Positions 50,007-62,765 of a DNA stretch of 64,000 nucleotides are shown here, in pieces; position 1 is the first letter of the stretch; every line of letters starts with the position of its first letter. Both the position numbers and the translations under genes were made by a program. Under the pieces are notes generated by a model. The model saw nothing but the letters and a program-made list of their open reading frames with translations. It was not told the DNA's origin and did not search any database. Origin of the DNA: Octopus bimaculoides (taxonomy: Eukaryota); NCBI RefSeq assembly GCF_001194135.2, contig NC_068990.1, forward strand, positions 71,845,128-71,909,127, given 5' to 3'.

Positions 50007-52092
50007 TCATTTCATATGCCATCATTAACAACATCTGAATGAAAATTTGAAAAAAAAAACAGATTTTGTCTATCTTCTTATAGCTAAAGACTACATTTTT
50101 AGCTTTCAATATGTGAAGACCAATTGAATGAAAAGAAATGTCTTACTTGGAAAACAGGTAAGGGTTGGCAACAGAAAGAGCATCTGACCAGAAAATCTGC
50201 TTTAACAGTTTCATCTGACCTATGCTAGCATGGAAAAACAGACATAAAGACGAAACAAACTGATAGATGAAGAAAGAGGATTGCAACATATTTTTAAATC
50301 TAGATATCAACAAACTATTACTAATGATGACAAGAAATATTATATCTATATAGTCATCCAAAGTGGCTTCTTGAAAGTTTTGTTTTAATGACATTTTTTT
50401 CTAATTGATTTAAGATTTGATAATCGAAATAAGAAAATGTGAAAAAAAGATAAAATAGAAAGACTATTAAACTCCCAATGGTAGCTTCAAATATTTATAC
50501 ATCTTAATTAAATGTCTTTTAAAGATTAGCAACTTAGATTCCTCAAAATAGATGCACGAGTACAAAATTTCAGTTTTTAATATTCCAGTTTTATGGCTGA
50601 AATAATTCATTTGAGATAAAATGTGTGCACTGTGGGGAAAATGAAATATTTCAATGTTTCCTAATAAGACGAGTAAAAAGCAAATATATGAATAAATAAA
50701 ACTTGGCTAAAAATGGGCGATATAAAAACATTATATAAAATTAATCTTTCACATTCATTTTCCTGTGCTTGCAAAAATGAGAATGGTTTGTTTGTTTGTT
50801 AGAGCAGAACCTGATTTTTGTTTAGTCAGGTAAACTGAAGCAAGTAGAGTTATGTGCTTTGCTCAGGGGAAGTAACATTAACATGTGAAAAGTGAAATGT
50901 CTGTATAGCTGTATGGTTAAGGTATGGAAGTATCTGTTCAGTTATACTGCACAGATGGTTTCTGTACAAGTTTTTTTTTTTTTTTTTTGTGGTTCTGGTG
51001 CTATTCATCCTTAAGTTAACCCTGATTAAGCAGGGCTATGATCAAAGGTATTCCAACCATGACTATCCAATCTTCCAAACACAGGTTAACTCAAAATACA
51101 CCATCCAATATTTTCCTATGCCAATCAATGTATAATCTGGTACATACACTATGTGCTTCTTTCATCTTTACTTTGGAAGGTTATGCTTTCTATGCTCCAC
51201 TGATTAGGCTAGAATAACAGTGAAACATATCTGAAGTTGTCTCCCACACCAGAAAAAAGAAAGAAAATCAAAATGATACTGATCAGTTACTAATGTTGTT
51301 TTTTTAAATTTTTTCTTCTCTGCTGTATAATTATATCTAGCTAGCTTTTTTTTCTTTAAACATTCCCTGAATTAACACTAGCTTAACAGTTGCTTTGCAT
51401 GTGGATGGCATTTTAGATTCATTTATTCTCTTAATAGTAATGTTGTTCTGTTCCATAAGTTACAAGTTCAAATGGTGTTAGCAGCAGTATAAGCCAAAAG
51501 AATAAAAAATATCAATGAAATACACAAACTATTCTTATTGTGATAAAGTTGGATAGTTCAAAAGTGTTATGCTGTTTTTGTTTAGCTCCAAATCAGTCCC
51601 CATCAAGTAGAACTATGATTAAATGTATTCAAGCCATAACTATTCAAGCCATGACCATTACATTTTACAAACATATTTCATTTCATCATCATCATTTAAC
51701 ATCCATTTTCCATGATGGTATGGGTTGGATGGTTTGACCAGTTCCGGCAAACTGGAAAGCTAGACCAGTTTCCAGTCTGATTTGGCTTGGCTTCTATGGT
51801 TAGATGCCCTTCCTAATGTCAACCACTTCCCAGAGTGTGCTGGGTGCTATTTACATGGCACCAGCAAAGATACTTTTTATGCGGCACCAGCAGAGGTGCT
51901 TTCCCCATGGTCCAGGCCAGATACCTTTCATGTGGTGCTAGCTCAGGTGCTTCTTATGTGGCACCAGCACAAGCACTTTCTATGTGACACTAATACAGGT
52001 GCTTTCTATGTGGTATTGGCACAGGTGCTTTTTATGTGGCATCAGCAGGGGGATCTTGCAAGGCAAAATCCCTTTCAGCTGAGAGGGGAGCA

Positions 52093-52580
52093 TTAACAAT
52101 TCTGCTGTGATAGATAGGTTTTCTTGAGTACAGTAATGTACCAGACAATTTGGTTCTTTGTTAACTCCTTCATAAGGCACAGTGTCCTGAGATCGGCCTT
52201 CAGTATTTTGTCCCACATCTTGCTGAGTCTCCCTCTTCCACAAGTTCCATCCACTTTAAATAATTGGTACTTCTTTATGCAGCTGTCTGCATTCATCTGC
52301 ACCACATGACCAAACAATTGCAGTCTTTTGTTTTGCACACTGCATCTAATTCCTCTTATGCCTAACTTTTCTCTCAATACACTAGCACTCTCTTGCACAT
52401 GTACATCTACATTGCTTATTTAACAGAGCATACCAGCTTCATTCCTATCAAACCTTTGTCTGTCCTCTTTATTCAGGGCCATCTCACTTCTATGTAGTAT
52501 TGCTGTTTAGATACATGCATCATGCAATCTTCCTTTCACTCAGAAAGAGAGAGACCTTTGGTTATCAACAGAGCAGATTA
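52093..52580 (-). mobile_element. RTE LINE ORF2 3' fragment
   Basis: LLITKGLSL..KGRLHDACI..EAGML.. then VLREKLGIRGIRCSVQNKRLQLFGHVVQMNADSCIKK..VDGTCGRGRLSKMWDKILKADLRTL (ORF 52093-52398). Confidence 0.88.
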
Positions 52581-53616
52581 CAATATCATTCATCATGTTT
52601 CTTCTCTTTTTTTCTTAATGATGGCAGATTGTGATTCAAGAGAGATTTGGCTGCTTGTTTAGGGATTTATATGCTTGTGGTGTGCTATTGATAAGGACAC
52701 TTTTGATCTTGGTGTTTTTATAGTATATTATTAGTTTAAGTTTATGATTGGGTGTGATGCATAGTGAAGTTTTTGACTAAGTATTCATCTACTTGATAGT
52801 TTTTATGTGTTTGATTCATAGAGAAAAGCAAAAGGGGTATAATTAAAAACCTCACTTTGTCCGTCATTTTTATTCCAATTCAAATTCTTTGGCCCAGCTT
52901 CATCTATGCTTATAAGTGATATGTAAACATTGATGTAAACATTTAAAATTTCTAACATAAACATAAGACCACAAATCTGGTGGAAGGGTGCAGTCAATTT
53001 AATGGACCCCAACACAAGATTCATACTTATTCTATCAAAACCAGAAGGATCAATGATAAAGTCAGTGCAGGTAAGATTTGAACTGAGACTCTAAAGGTAC
53101 ATAACTAAAAACCCCATTTAGTCTGTTGCTCTGACTCCACCAACCATTCTCAACTGCTTAGTGTGATGTCACAGAAAGCTGTTGGGGAAATGAACCAGCA
53201 ATCTGAGTTTCAATATCAACTAGAGGTGGTCCTACATATCACATCCAAGAATAAGAAGAAAGAAAGAAAGGGGGACAGGGAAATGGGAAGTGCTGGTATT
53301 CATACCTTTTCTAGTGTGAAGTGAATGAAATACATGTGGAACAGAAAAAGAACTTAGAAAAGCAGAGCAGTATACATTTCCAAAGGATGGGATGAAATAA
53401 CCATTGTAAAATTTAAACACATGAGCATGCAAGTTCAGTTGTCCAAGCTGAACACAAGATAACTGTCTATCTATGAGGACTCATTTGACCTACACCAAGA
53501 CAGTGAAGGTAATATCAGTAATCCAAGAATATAGCACATGCAAGAACACTTATGGAGTAGCTAAGTCAAACTAGAAAGTCCTTATTTGGTAAAAATGGAT
53601 CAATGGCAATTATAAG

Positions 53617-53655
<39 letters not shown>

Positions 53656-54398
53656 GCATTGTTTGTTTAACTGATAGAAAATACTGTATAAAATAAATTC
53701 AGTATTTGATACAAAACTATAAAAACCTTTCTGTTTGTTTGTACGGAATGTTTGCATGCCAATAGGATTCGCAAATGAAATGTCTATTTTACATTTCTGC
53801 AGCTTAATACATTCTTCTATCATTTCACAACAACAACAACATTGATATAAAAAATAATAGAGGTTTGTATAAATGCTGTTGTATAGTCAATGGGATATAT
53901 CCAGTATGTGGTTAGGTAAGGTGACAAAAGTAATAAGAATTTCTTTATTCGCCACTTGAGCATAATAAATAAACTATAAAATTAAATAGAATGTGGATAA
54001 ACATCCACAGAAAATTGGTGTATCTCACACACAAACAATTTCAGCTGAAATGTAAATATATAAAATATATATGTAAGGTTGACTCTGACAAGGTGCCTAT
54101 ACAGCTAAGCGCTTTATAGATGTGAAACCAATCGTCACTCTCTGACCAGCCATAATGAACAACCTTCTAAAGATGACTGCTCTAATGTTTTAAAGTATCC
54201 TTCTTTTCAGACATGTGAACTATTGACCAATAAAACACATTATATATATATATATAAAGCTACATATATATCCAGTGATATAATATATATATATATAAAA
54301 TGTTATACATATATATATGTAAAAGACTATATATACATAATTATATCATATATAAAATGTTATACATACATTTATATATTACGTACATATATATAATG

Positions 54399-54446
<48 letters not shown>

Positions 54447-54809
54447 AATGATATATGACCATATGCATGTATACATACATATATGTACATACCTACACCT
54501 ACATGTATATATAGATGCATATCCAGGTACAGGACGTCAAAAAAGGAACGGGAACATGAGCAAAGCACAAAAAAACGGACATTTTTTACGGACATCAGAA
54601 TGAACACATAGGAAAACAGACGAGCCACTTATGGAACTTTTCCTTCACACTACATATACATACATTTATATATACAATACTAGCAATGCACGAGCACACA
54701 CAGACACATTTTTATATATGAAGATATATGCATATATATAATGTTATACATAAATATAGATAAAACACAACATATACATACAGTTTTATATATATATATA
54801 TATATATAT

Positions 54810-55085
54810 AGTGGTTGTCTACTCCTTAAACAGAGTTTGACCACCTCCTGTACCTACACCTTAGCCCTTTCATGGCGTCTGATGTGGCTTTTTAAACCAG
54901 ACAGTGTTTTGAAAAAACACCCACACAGATTGCACCTCTGATTTGCACTACCAATACCTGCAAGTAAGTTCTGCTCATTGTGGATCCTAAAGATGAAACA
55001 AATGGATAATTTGGGTATACTAGCTACTTGACAGCTTCCCATAATTTCCTGCCTTAGAAGAGTAGGCTTCCCTATTAGCATTACT
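54810..55085 (-). mobile_element. LINE 3' end (RTE-like) with terminal C2H2 zinc finger, ending in (TA)n
   Basis: CNLCGCFFKTLSGLKSHIRRHERAKV* preceded by a frameshifted RKLWEAVK-type motif; ~45-nt 3' UTR runs into (TA)n. Confidence 0.6.
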
Positions 55086-55496
55086 TACTACCACGTCTGT
55101 TTAGGTCAGTCCTGATTAATTAATTCCAGGTTATTCTGTAATCCTTTCATTGCCAAATAAAGTAGCAAACTATTTCAATTTCTTTTGGAAGTAATCACAG
55201 ATTTAAAAGAATTTAAGAAAAGCAACTCAATTCATATTTATAAAACTTCAGAATATATTCAAAATCTACCTTAACAAAATATCTTTTGTATAAAAACTAT
55301 GATTGAAGGATTTTTACCTTGACTCTAACTTTCAGTATGAAAACTTTAATATTAATATATTAAACTGGTCTTCGCAGGTAAAAAAATAAAACATATTGAA
55401 TTCTTGCTTTGTAGACAGCTAGGATATGGGAAATGATTTTGCTCATTCACACACACACATTCATTCACCCAAACAGTCATCCATCCATTCTCTCAC

Positions 55497-55548
55497 GTAT
55501 ACATTGTACTGCTGATTCCCAAGTTGTTTTCCTAAGCTCAACCAGTAG
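55497..55548 (-). CDS. Candidate 52-nt internal exon (xYWLSLGKQLGNQQYNVY or LLVELRKTTWESAVQCI)
   Basis: Acceptor ttatttattgattttaattcctccag|, donor TAC|gtgaga; two frames open. Confidence 0.25.
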
Positions 55549-56443
55549 CTGGAGGAATTAAAATCAATAAATAACTTGAAATCCTAGCTGTCACTTTGAA
55601 GTTGAAATGATTCTGTATAATAGTTTAATAGTTAACAATAACATGAGCAACACAATAAAACTAGACACCAGTAGAACAGTTGAACTAACAAATATCATGA
55701 GAACAGTAGCTAGAATTTCAAAACAGTAAGTTGAGAGAAGCTTTCAATGTGCCGGAAAGAAACAAGTATATATGAAATTAGATCAACACCCTAAACAAAA
55801 ATCTGTTAAACTGTGTGAAACAGTTACATGAATTTGTGTGACAAATATAAATCGTGGCTTTGCCGTGATTTGATGTCAGAGAAATAAACCAACTTGTAGT
55901 GGAATAAGATATCTTAATATGTAAGTAAAACAGACAGTTCTTAGAATTTAAAAAAGAAACCAACTGAAATTGTGGGTTTTCATATGATGAAACTATAAAC
56001 CCAATTGTATATACATACACAAACACATGCAGCCATATACATACAAATATATAGAGAGAGAGACACACATGCATGCACACAGTCACAATGATATATGTAT
56101 TCACACAGACACACACTCACACATTCACATCTACACATATAATTTTGATTAAATAAAACTCATACATACACAAAATGCAGTAAGTAAAAAATATAGTTGG
56201 GGAATATGTTCTAATTGAAGTAAACAAGCAACTTCAGTTCAGTCTCTGGTTGTAGACACTTGTTCTGCTCTACAAGACACACAGACATCAAATGTTTCAC
56301 AAACTAAGATAATTCACTGTTCTGCATGTGCAGGTATTAGAGGTGGATATAGATTTACTCAATGACTGTATATATGCTGTCACAAATGCATTCACGTTTC
56401 ACACAGTAATTCGTGAATTTTTATACTTACATACACCATTCAA

Positions 56444-56797
56444 GTGTGGCTCATGCCAGTGCCGCTTGATTGGCACCTGTACTGGTAGCACGTATAATGC
56501 ACCATTTGAGCATGGCTAATGCCAGTGCTGCATGACTGGCACCCGTGTTGGTGGCCTGTAAAAAGCACCATTTGAGCGTGGCCAATGCCAGTGTCACCTG
56601 ACTGGCACCTGTGCCGGTGGCACATAAAAGCATCCACTACACTCTTGGAGCGGTTGGCATTAGGAAGGGCATTCAGCTGTAGAAACCTTGCCAAATCAGA
56701 TTGGAGCCTGGTGCAGCCTCCCAGCTTGCCCGTTCTCAGTCAAACTGTCCAACCCATGCCAGCATGGAAAACAGACGTTAAACGACAACGATGATGA
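56444..56797 (+). mobile_element. Family E retroposon with three ~66-bp 5' tandem units
   Basis: Units gtggc..atgccagt..gactggcacc.gtg..ggt.gcac.taaaagcaccattt, then ccactacactc..ccaacccatgccagcatggaaaacagacgttaaac(gat)n; same design at 58485-58830; also 62040-62280. Confidence 0.85.
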
Positions 56798-57053
56798 CAT
56801 ATGTAAGTATATAGGCATTTACATCTATCATCTTTGTATTCATTTCACATCCATTTGGCATGTATGTATATGCATATGCCATACTGTGTGTGCATGTGTG
56901 TGTATATATATATATAAAGATTTCACAAAGGTATAGTGATAGTAATAACCAGGTGTTGGAACTCAAAATACATATGCTACAAAATAAAGTGTTAGGTGAG
57001 TACAGTTCATAATATGAAATTAAATAAATGATAAGGGAACAGGAATTACATAA

Positions 57054-57111
57054 TCAACTTCATTAGCTTACAGCTGTTTCTGCCTCTGATGGCAAGAAGA
57101 AGCTATTGATC
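57054..57111 (-). other. Decayed hammerhead-like scaffold (catalytic CUGANGA missing)
   Basis: ATCAA-TAGCT-tcttct-TGCC atcaga GGCA-GAAACAGCTGTA-AGCTA-atgaag-TTGAT; same stem III as 34801-34878. Confidence 0.5.
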
Positions 57112-57232
57112 ATGTTTGTGAAGGCTGAGAGACTGACAGGAGTTTTAATATGTTCAGGTTTTGAAAGATGCAACAACCTGGATTTTTTCTGAATATCCTG
57201 AAGCAAGAGAAGGAAACCCCAACAAGATCACT

Positions 57233-57562
57233 AAGGACTTCAAGCTTACATTCCAGCAAGATGAAGCTCCTTGTCGCACAACTGCAGTGGCTGAAAACTT
57301 CCTCAGGGATGAGTATGGGAACAAGTTTTGAGACAGGGACACTTGGTCCCCTTCATTACCAAATTTGAACCATTTAGACTTCAGCATTGGGAATGAGCTG
57401 GTCAGAAAAGCTTGTGAGAAGCCCCACAGTAATCTGCAAGCTCTCAAGAACTCCATCCATAGGACATGGGAGGAAGACATTGATGAGGAATTCATTAAGA
57501 AAGTTTGTGGTGCAGCCAGGGAGGGGATTGAGGAACTTATTGTGTCTTCTATCATTGCCTAG
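57233..57562 (+). mobile_element. Tc1/mariner (maT/DD37D-like) transposase C-terminal pseudogene fragment
   Basis: FQQDEAPCRTT..KF*DRDTWSPSLPNLNHLDFSIGNELVRKACEKPHSNLQALKNSIHRTWEE; 38 codons between the catalytic Asp codons (57260, 57377). Confidence 0.85.
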
Positions 57563-57684
57563 GGTTAAACATGTCATCCAGTGTGTTTTACTTTTCTAAG
57601 ACTGTAGGATGCAACTTGGGAATGATTTGGCTGCTATTTCCAGCAGGCTGATCAACCATGAATACTTCTCTTATTGGATTATTA

Positions 57685-57900
57685 ATACACAAACATAATC
57701 ACATACATGCATACATACATACATACATACAAAAACACACATACATAAACACACACATACATAAACATACATAAACACATACACATGCATAAATACACAC
57801 ATACATAAACACACACACATACATAAGCACACACACACATACATAAGCACATACACATACGTTTCCATGTGTGTGTGTGTATGTATATAAATCTTGATGC
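57685..57900. repeat. Compound ACAT/AC micro-minisatellite
   Basis: (acat)n and acacacatacataa units. Confidence 0.95.
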
Positions 57901-58293
57901 AAATGTATTTACTTACATAAATGCCATAACTAAGCATTTATATAAGTAAATATCTATTATGGCCTCAATTAAATCAACAACCAATTAGTAGCTGAATAGT
58001 TTTGTGTTCCACATATGTATTTTTTCCATTCTCAGAAAGTAAATAAAGCCAGTCCAAAGCTAATACTTAAGTGTTGGGCATTACTTGGATAAGCAAACAA
58101 AATAAAAGCAGGGGATATTTATTTTCTATAATCCTATGAATTATAAAATATTGTATTAAATTCTTGTTGGTGGATTTCCTACTTTTCTTTATCTTCATAA
58201 AACTGTATTAAACTATGAAGACATTAAAACTCAAAACAATATCAGGATTATGAATTTATATATATATATATGTATGTATGTATACATATATGC

Positions 58294-58358
<65 letters not shown>

Positions 58359-60353
58359 CCAGTGAAGGATCTGTGGCAAGTTCTTCCAAAACATTTACTG
58401 ATTTGTTTATGGGTGATGAATCTGAAGTAGTGTATCCGCATTGTTCATTGCTATTTTCTTCAGCTGCCTCTGTTATCCCTTTTAATGCTGGTGCCAGTAC
58501 CCGCTGACTGGCGCTTGTGCCAGTGGCACATAAAAAGCACCATCCAAATGTGGCTGATGCCAGTACCCACTGACTGGCCCCCGTGCTGGCAGCACGTAAA
58601 AAGCACTATCCAAATGTGATCGATGCCAGGTGCGTCTGACTGGCTCCTGTGCTGGTGGCACATAAAAAGCACCCACTACACTCTTGGAGTGATGGGCGTA
58701 AGGAAGGGCATCCAGTTGTAGAAACATTGCCAGATTAGATTGGAGGCTGGTGCAGCCACTGGCTCTCCAGACCTCAGTCAAACTGTCCAAACCATCATGG
58801 AAAACGGATGTTAAACAAGGATGACGATGATATATANNNNNNNNNNNNNNNNNNTATATATATTCAATAAATTTCCAAATTTGACTTTTGAGATATTATC
58901 GAAGATAATATTTCCTAACTTGATATCATTCTTCAAAGTTGAACTTGTCTGTTTTCAGCTCACAAAACTTGGAAAACGTCCCATCATGTACATTGTATCT
59001 TATTTGACTATACACTAAACACTTCATGCCAATTTGTGCCCTACAGAAACTGGATCTTTTGTTAACCTCTACCTGTGCAAATATTACATTAATTCAATCC
59101 ACTTCATACAGCCACCCAACTACTTTCATCTAGGTAACAATTTACGAAATGGAAATAACTTTATGAAATGATCCCATCTGTGACAAAAATAACACTAGCA
59201 AAAAATATTGTAATTTAGATTTCTTAGAGGCATCCCCAACTAAAACTTTTATAAACCCATAAGAGTTTTACTGATGAAACTGAATTCAAACAATCAAAAA
59301 ATTGAAAGTGATAGGCCTAAGGTATTCATAGATGAATCCTTAAAAATTATATGCTTTGGAGGTGAGGGCTTACATAAAGTTGCAGAGGAGAAATCAATCT
59401 CATGCCCATGATTTTTCTCAGTTTTTTTCAAAACTGGTAGAAGCAAAGAGGTAGTTAGCTTCAGATCAGAGCTCTGGTCTGAATATTATCAATGGAATGG
59501 ACTCCAGTTAGTAAAGGCATTCAAGGGCGAGGCAGTGTTGCTAAACCAAGAGATATATTAAGGCTGCAACCCAAGAAAAATCACAGTCTCTCTGATGTGC
59601 TTCTTTACATTATCCATTTACCACATCTCACAGACAAGTTTGGTGGCAACCACTCGTGTTAAACCTTGAATATCCAAACCTATGAGTAAAAGTGTTGCAC
59701 CTTGACCATCCTGACATTTTCCTAATTGTGTTCCAGACGTAGTATATCCAGGACAACATTATTTAGTATGTTATTACATTTTTTTTAAAGACAGTAAGGT
59801 GTAATTTGAAGGTAACTTGTTTGGTATTTCTGGCAGGACATGTAACCACAGAGAGACTCCTTTTGTTAGCTTGAAGTTTAGTAGAAATGGGTTTTAAAAA
59901 TAACTCGTTCTAATATTTATCAAGTATATTTAAAATTGATTGGTTGTATTCGGCAAAACAACGTCTCTTAGTAACTGGTTTCAGTTTGTGCTGACCTGTT
60001 AAAGAAGATTTACTGCTAAATAAGATGGTTGCATCACTTCTTAAATAACTAATGTCCTGTTGTGGTGGTGGTGGTGGTGGTTACCCTAAAAAAACGTTCA
60101 ATGCTGCAAATGACACTGAAGTGATAAAATAGCTTCAGTTTGAATTGACACAAGATCTGAAACTCCCAGGGAGAACTTGACTATAAAAATTGTAGCTTGG
60201 GTAAGTTTGGTAGAGAATTTTTACACTCCATTCTAAACATGGTTTCATGTCGAAAACACTGTTTCACTAGAACTTATGTTTCCTTACTGATGGATGATGT
60301 AATCTTATGATTTCAAGTTAGTTAAGATAGATATTACATTTTATCCTATAGGT

Positions 60354-60416
60354 CAATGGTCCCAAAGCTCTTTCACACCATGGACCAGTTTCATGCAAGA
60401 CAATTTTTCCATGGAC
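60354..60416. mobile_element. hAT/Charlie-like terminal fragment
   Basis: caatggtcccaaagctctttcacaccatggaccagtttcatgcaagacaatttttccatggac; reverse counterpart at 62457-62536. Confidence 0.6.
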
Positions 60417-61784
60417 TAGAGGAACAAACACATAAGATTTGAAAAATTCTTGGAAAATGCTTGAGGCTCACAGTGATCCATCTGTTGCCAACTTCTACTG
60501 AAATCATCATCATTCAAACACTTACTTTTCTGTTTGCATGGGCCAAATGAGATTTGTTGAAGTAGCTTTCCTGTGAATGAAAACGAGACAATGGGAGAGC
60601 TTCTATATGACTGATTGACCTCATAGAAATAGAAGTCAAATCACATCCTTCAAGAAATAAAGGACATATTAAATAATGTATTCCAATATAACCCCTAAAA
60701 TGATGGGTCTGTCACAAAAAAAAAAAAATGCCTTTGAACATAGGTGTGTTCAATCAAGCCAGATAGTAACAATAGTCAAATGACCCTCAAATCACTCCTC
60801 ACTATCTTAAATAAGGACTGAACATATCTGATAACTCAGATAACCTTAAAATGATGGATGAAATAGCTCTGACCAATCAGGATTGATCTGGGACTAAATA
60901 ACACTTCTAAAAAGGATCTTCAAAGGACAAACTATACAGCACATATAGACTGGTAATTAATCCAAAAGTTTTCCACTCACAATCTGCTCTGCTGTGAAGT
61001 GTAGAGATTTAGAGAGAACCAGCATTTTATTCCAGTCATGTTCAAGGTAAAAGTCAAAAGGAAGATCTACATCACACACAATATGCTTCTTGTGGGGAAA
61101 AATAGAAAGAAAAATAGAAAGAAAAAAGAAAAATGAAAAGCATTCTGCCTTTAATTTGATGAAGTATGGCTCGTCGATTAAGCTTCATTGTTAAGATTTA
61201 GTTCAGGTTTAGGTCACTTACATTACACAGTAAAGATTTGCCATAGTAACCCTGCTGTTCTCTATAAGCCATCAATAATTACAATAAATTGATACGCATC
61301 AGAAATATTTCAGTACCAATTAATGCCTAATCATTAAATACCAGGATGTATCAGCATATTAGCCAATCAATCAAACAAGTCAACAATCCAGTTATGCTAG
61401 GCATCAATAAAATATATCAAATCACCTACTTCCTAAATGCTTGCTCTAAATCATTTTCTATACTTGTGTTTTTAATTTATTGATATTGCTGAGGCAAATT
61501 TATTTTCCATATAAAATGGATAGAATTTCTGTTAATTTATTTCTTCTTTGAATTCAAGTAAATCAGTTCCTTTTTGTTTTTCCTCATGTTGTCAATGGCA
61601 AAGAGATATATTAGAGAAACATAATTTCCAGATTCCAGTAAATTAATATCAGTTTTAACCTTTTCATCACCATATTTTCTATGAAATGCCTTGAATACTT
61701 TTGAAAATAATCAAAACTTGAGGTATTTCATAAAATACCTGACAATCATTTTTTAACTGATGTTTTAGAACATAAAAAGTTCTT

Positions 61785-62248
61785 CAAGGTCCCCAACACC
61801 CAGGTCACAGACCAATACAGAGCAGTGGATCATTTGGTACCAAACTGCACAGAATGAATAAATTTTAAAATCTTATTTCTATTTTACTGACTATTGCAGT
61901 CAGTAGTTTGTTTTTTGCATTATGTAAGTATTATATATGTAATGATTAAATTTAATGATAATTATTATGTAATACCCAAGAAGACCTGTCCTCCACAATA
62001 GAATTGTTAATGCCAAGGCTCCCCTGCTGAAGAGGTTGGCCTGCACCTGCAGCAATGCCACATAACAATGCCCATGCCGGTGCTGCTTAAGAAGCACCCA
62101 GCACACACTGTAAAGTGGTTGGCATTAGGAAGGGTATCTAGCCATAGAAACCAAGCCAAATCAGACTGGAGCTTGGTGCAGCTCTCCTGCTTGCCAGCTC
62201 TGGTTAAACTGCCCAATCCATGCCAGCACGGAAAACAGACACTAAAGA

Positions 62249-62280
<32 letters not shown>

Positions 62281-62536
62281 ATTAGCAACAAAAGCAGTAT
62301 TAATATTAAAAGGTAATATTTATCCACACTTATAAGTGGATGTTGTGTCAAAAACTGAATACTGTGATAGTTACCATGAGAGAATCTCTCATATGGATTT
62401 CCAGTGCATATAAGCACTTGTTTGCATTTTGTGTTTTGTTATGAGTGTGATTTTCTGGTCCATAGAAAATTGTCTTGCATGAAACCAGTTTGTGGGAGCA
62501 AAAAAAGAAGGAACAAAAAGGTTGGGGACACAACTG
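61785..62536. mobile_element. hAT/Charlie-like non-autonomous element with a family E retroposon inside (62040-62280)
   Basis: Imperfect inverted ends caaggtccccaac (61785-61797) and gttggggacacaactg (62521-62536). Confidence 0.55.
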
Positions 62537-62756
62537 TAGTAGAAAATCTGAGGGGTCTCAGATGAGTTGGTACTGAAAGAGCTAAAATGATTAATCAAAG
62601 ATTTCATTCTACTGCATACTGAAGACAGTTCCTTTACCAATGTTAACAAAAAAAAAAAAAAAGAGTAAATGTACACCTGTATATGATTACATATGATAAC
62701 AAGTCAACCAAGTAACTTCGACATTGTTGATCAATCTACTATCTCCATCAACTCAC

Positions 62757-62765
62757 GTATACTAT
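62757..62765 (-). CDS. Candidate 9-nt microexon (ATAGTATAC)
   Basis: ctgctgtgttcatttttttttcgaaag|ATAGTATAC|gtgagtt; frame-preserving. Confidence 0.2.

Noticed and set aside
55336-55377. Plus-strand 42-nt exon candidate YENFNINILNWSSQ
   Set aside because: Good splice sites but very AT-rich and low complexity; conflicts with the nearby minus-strand candidate and cannot be supported without RNA-seq
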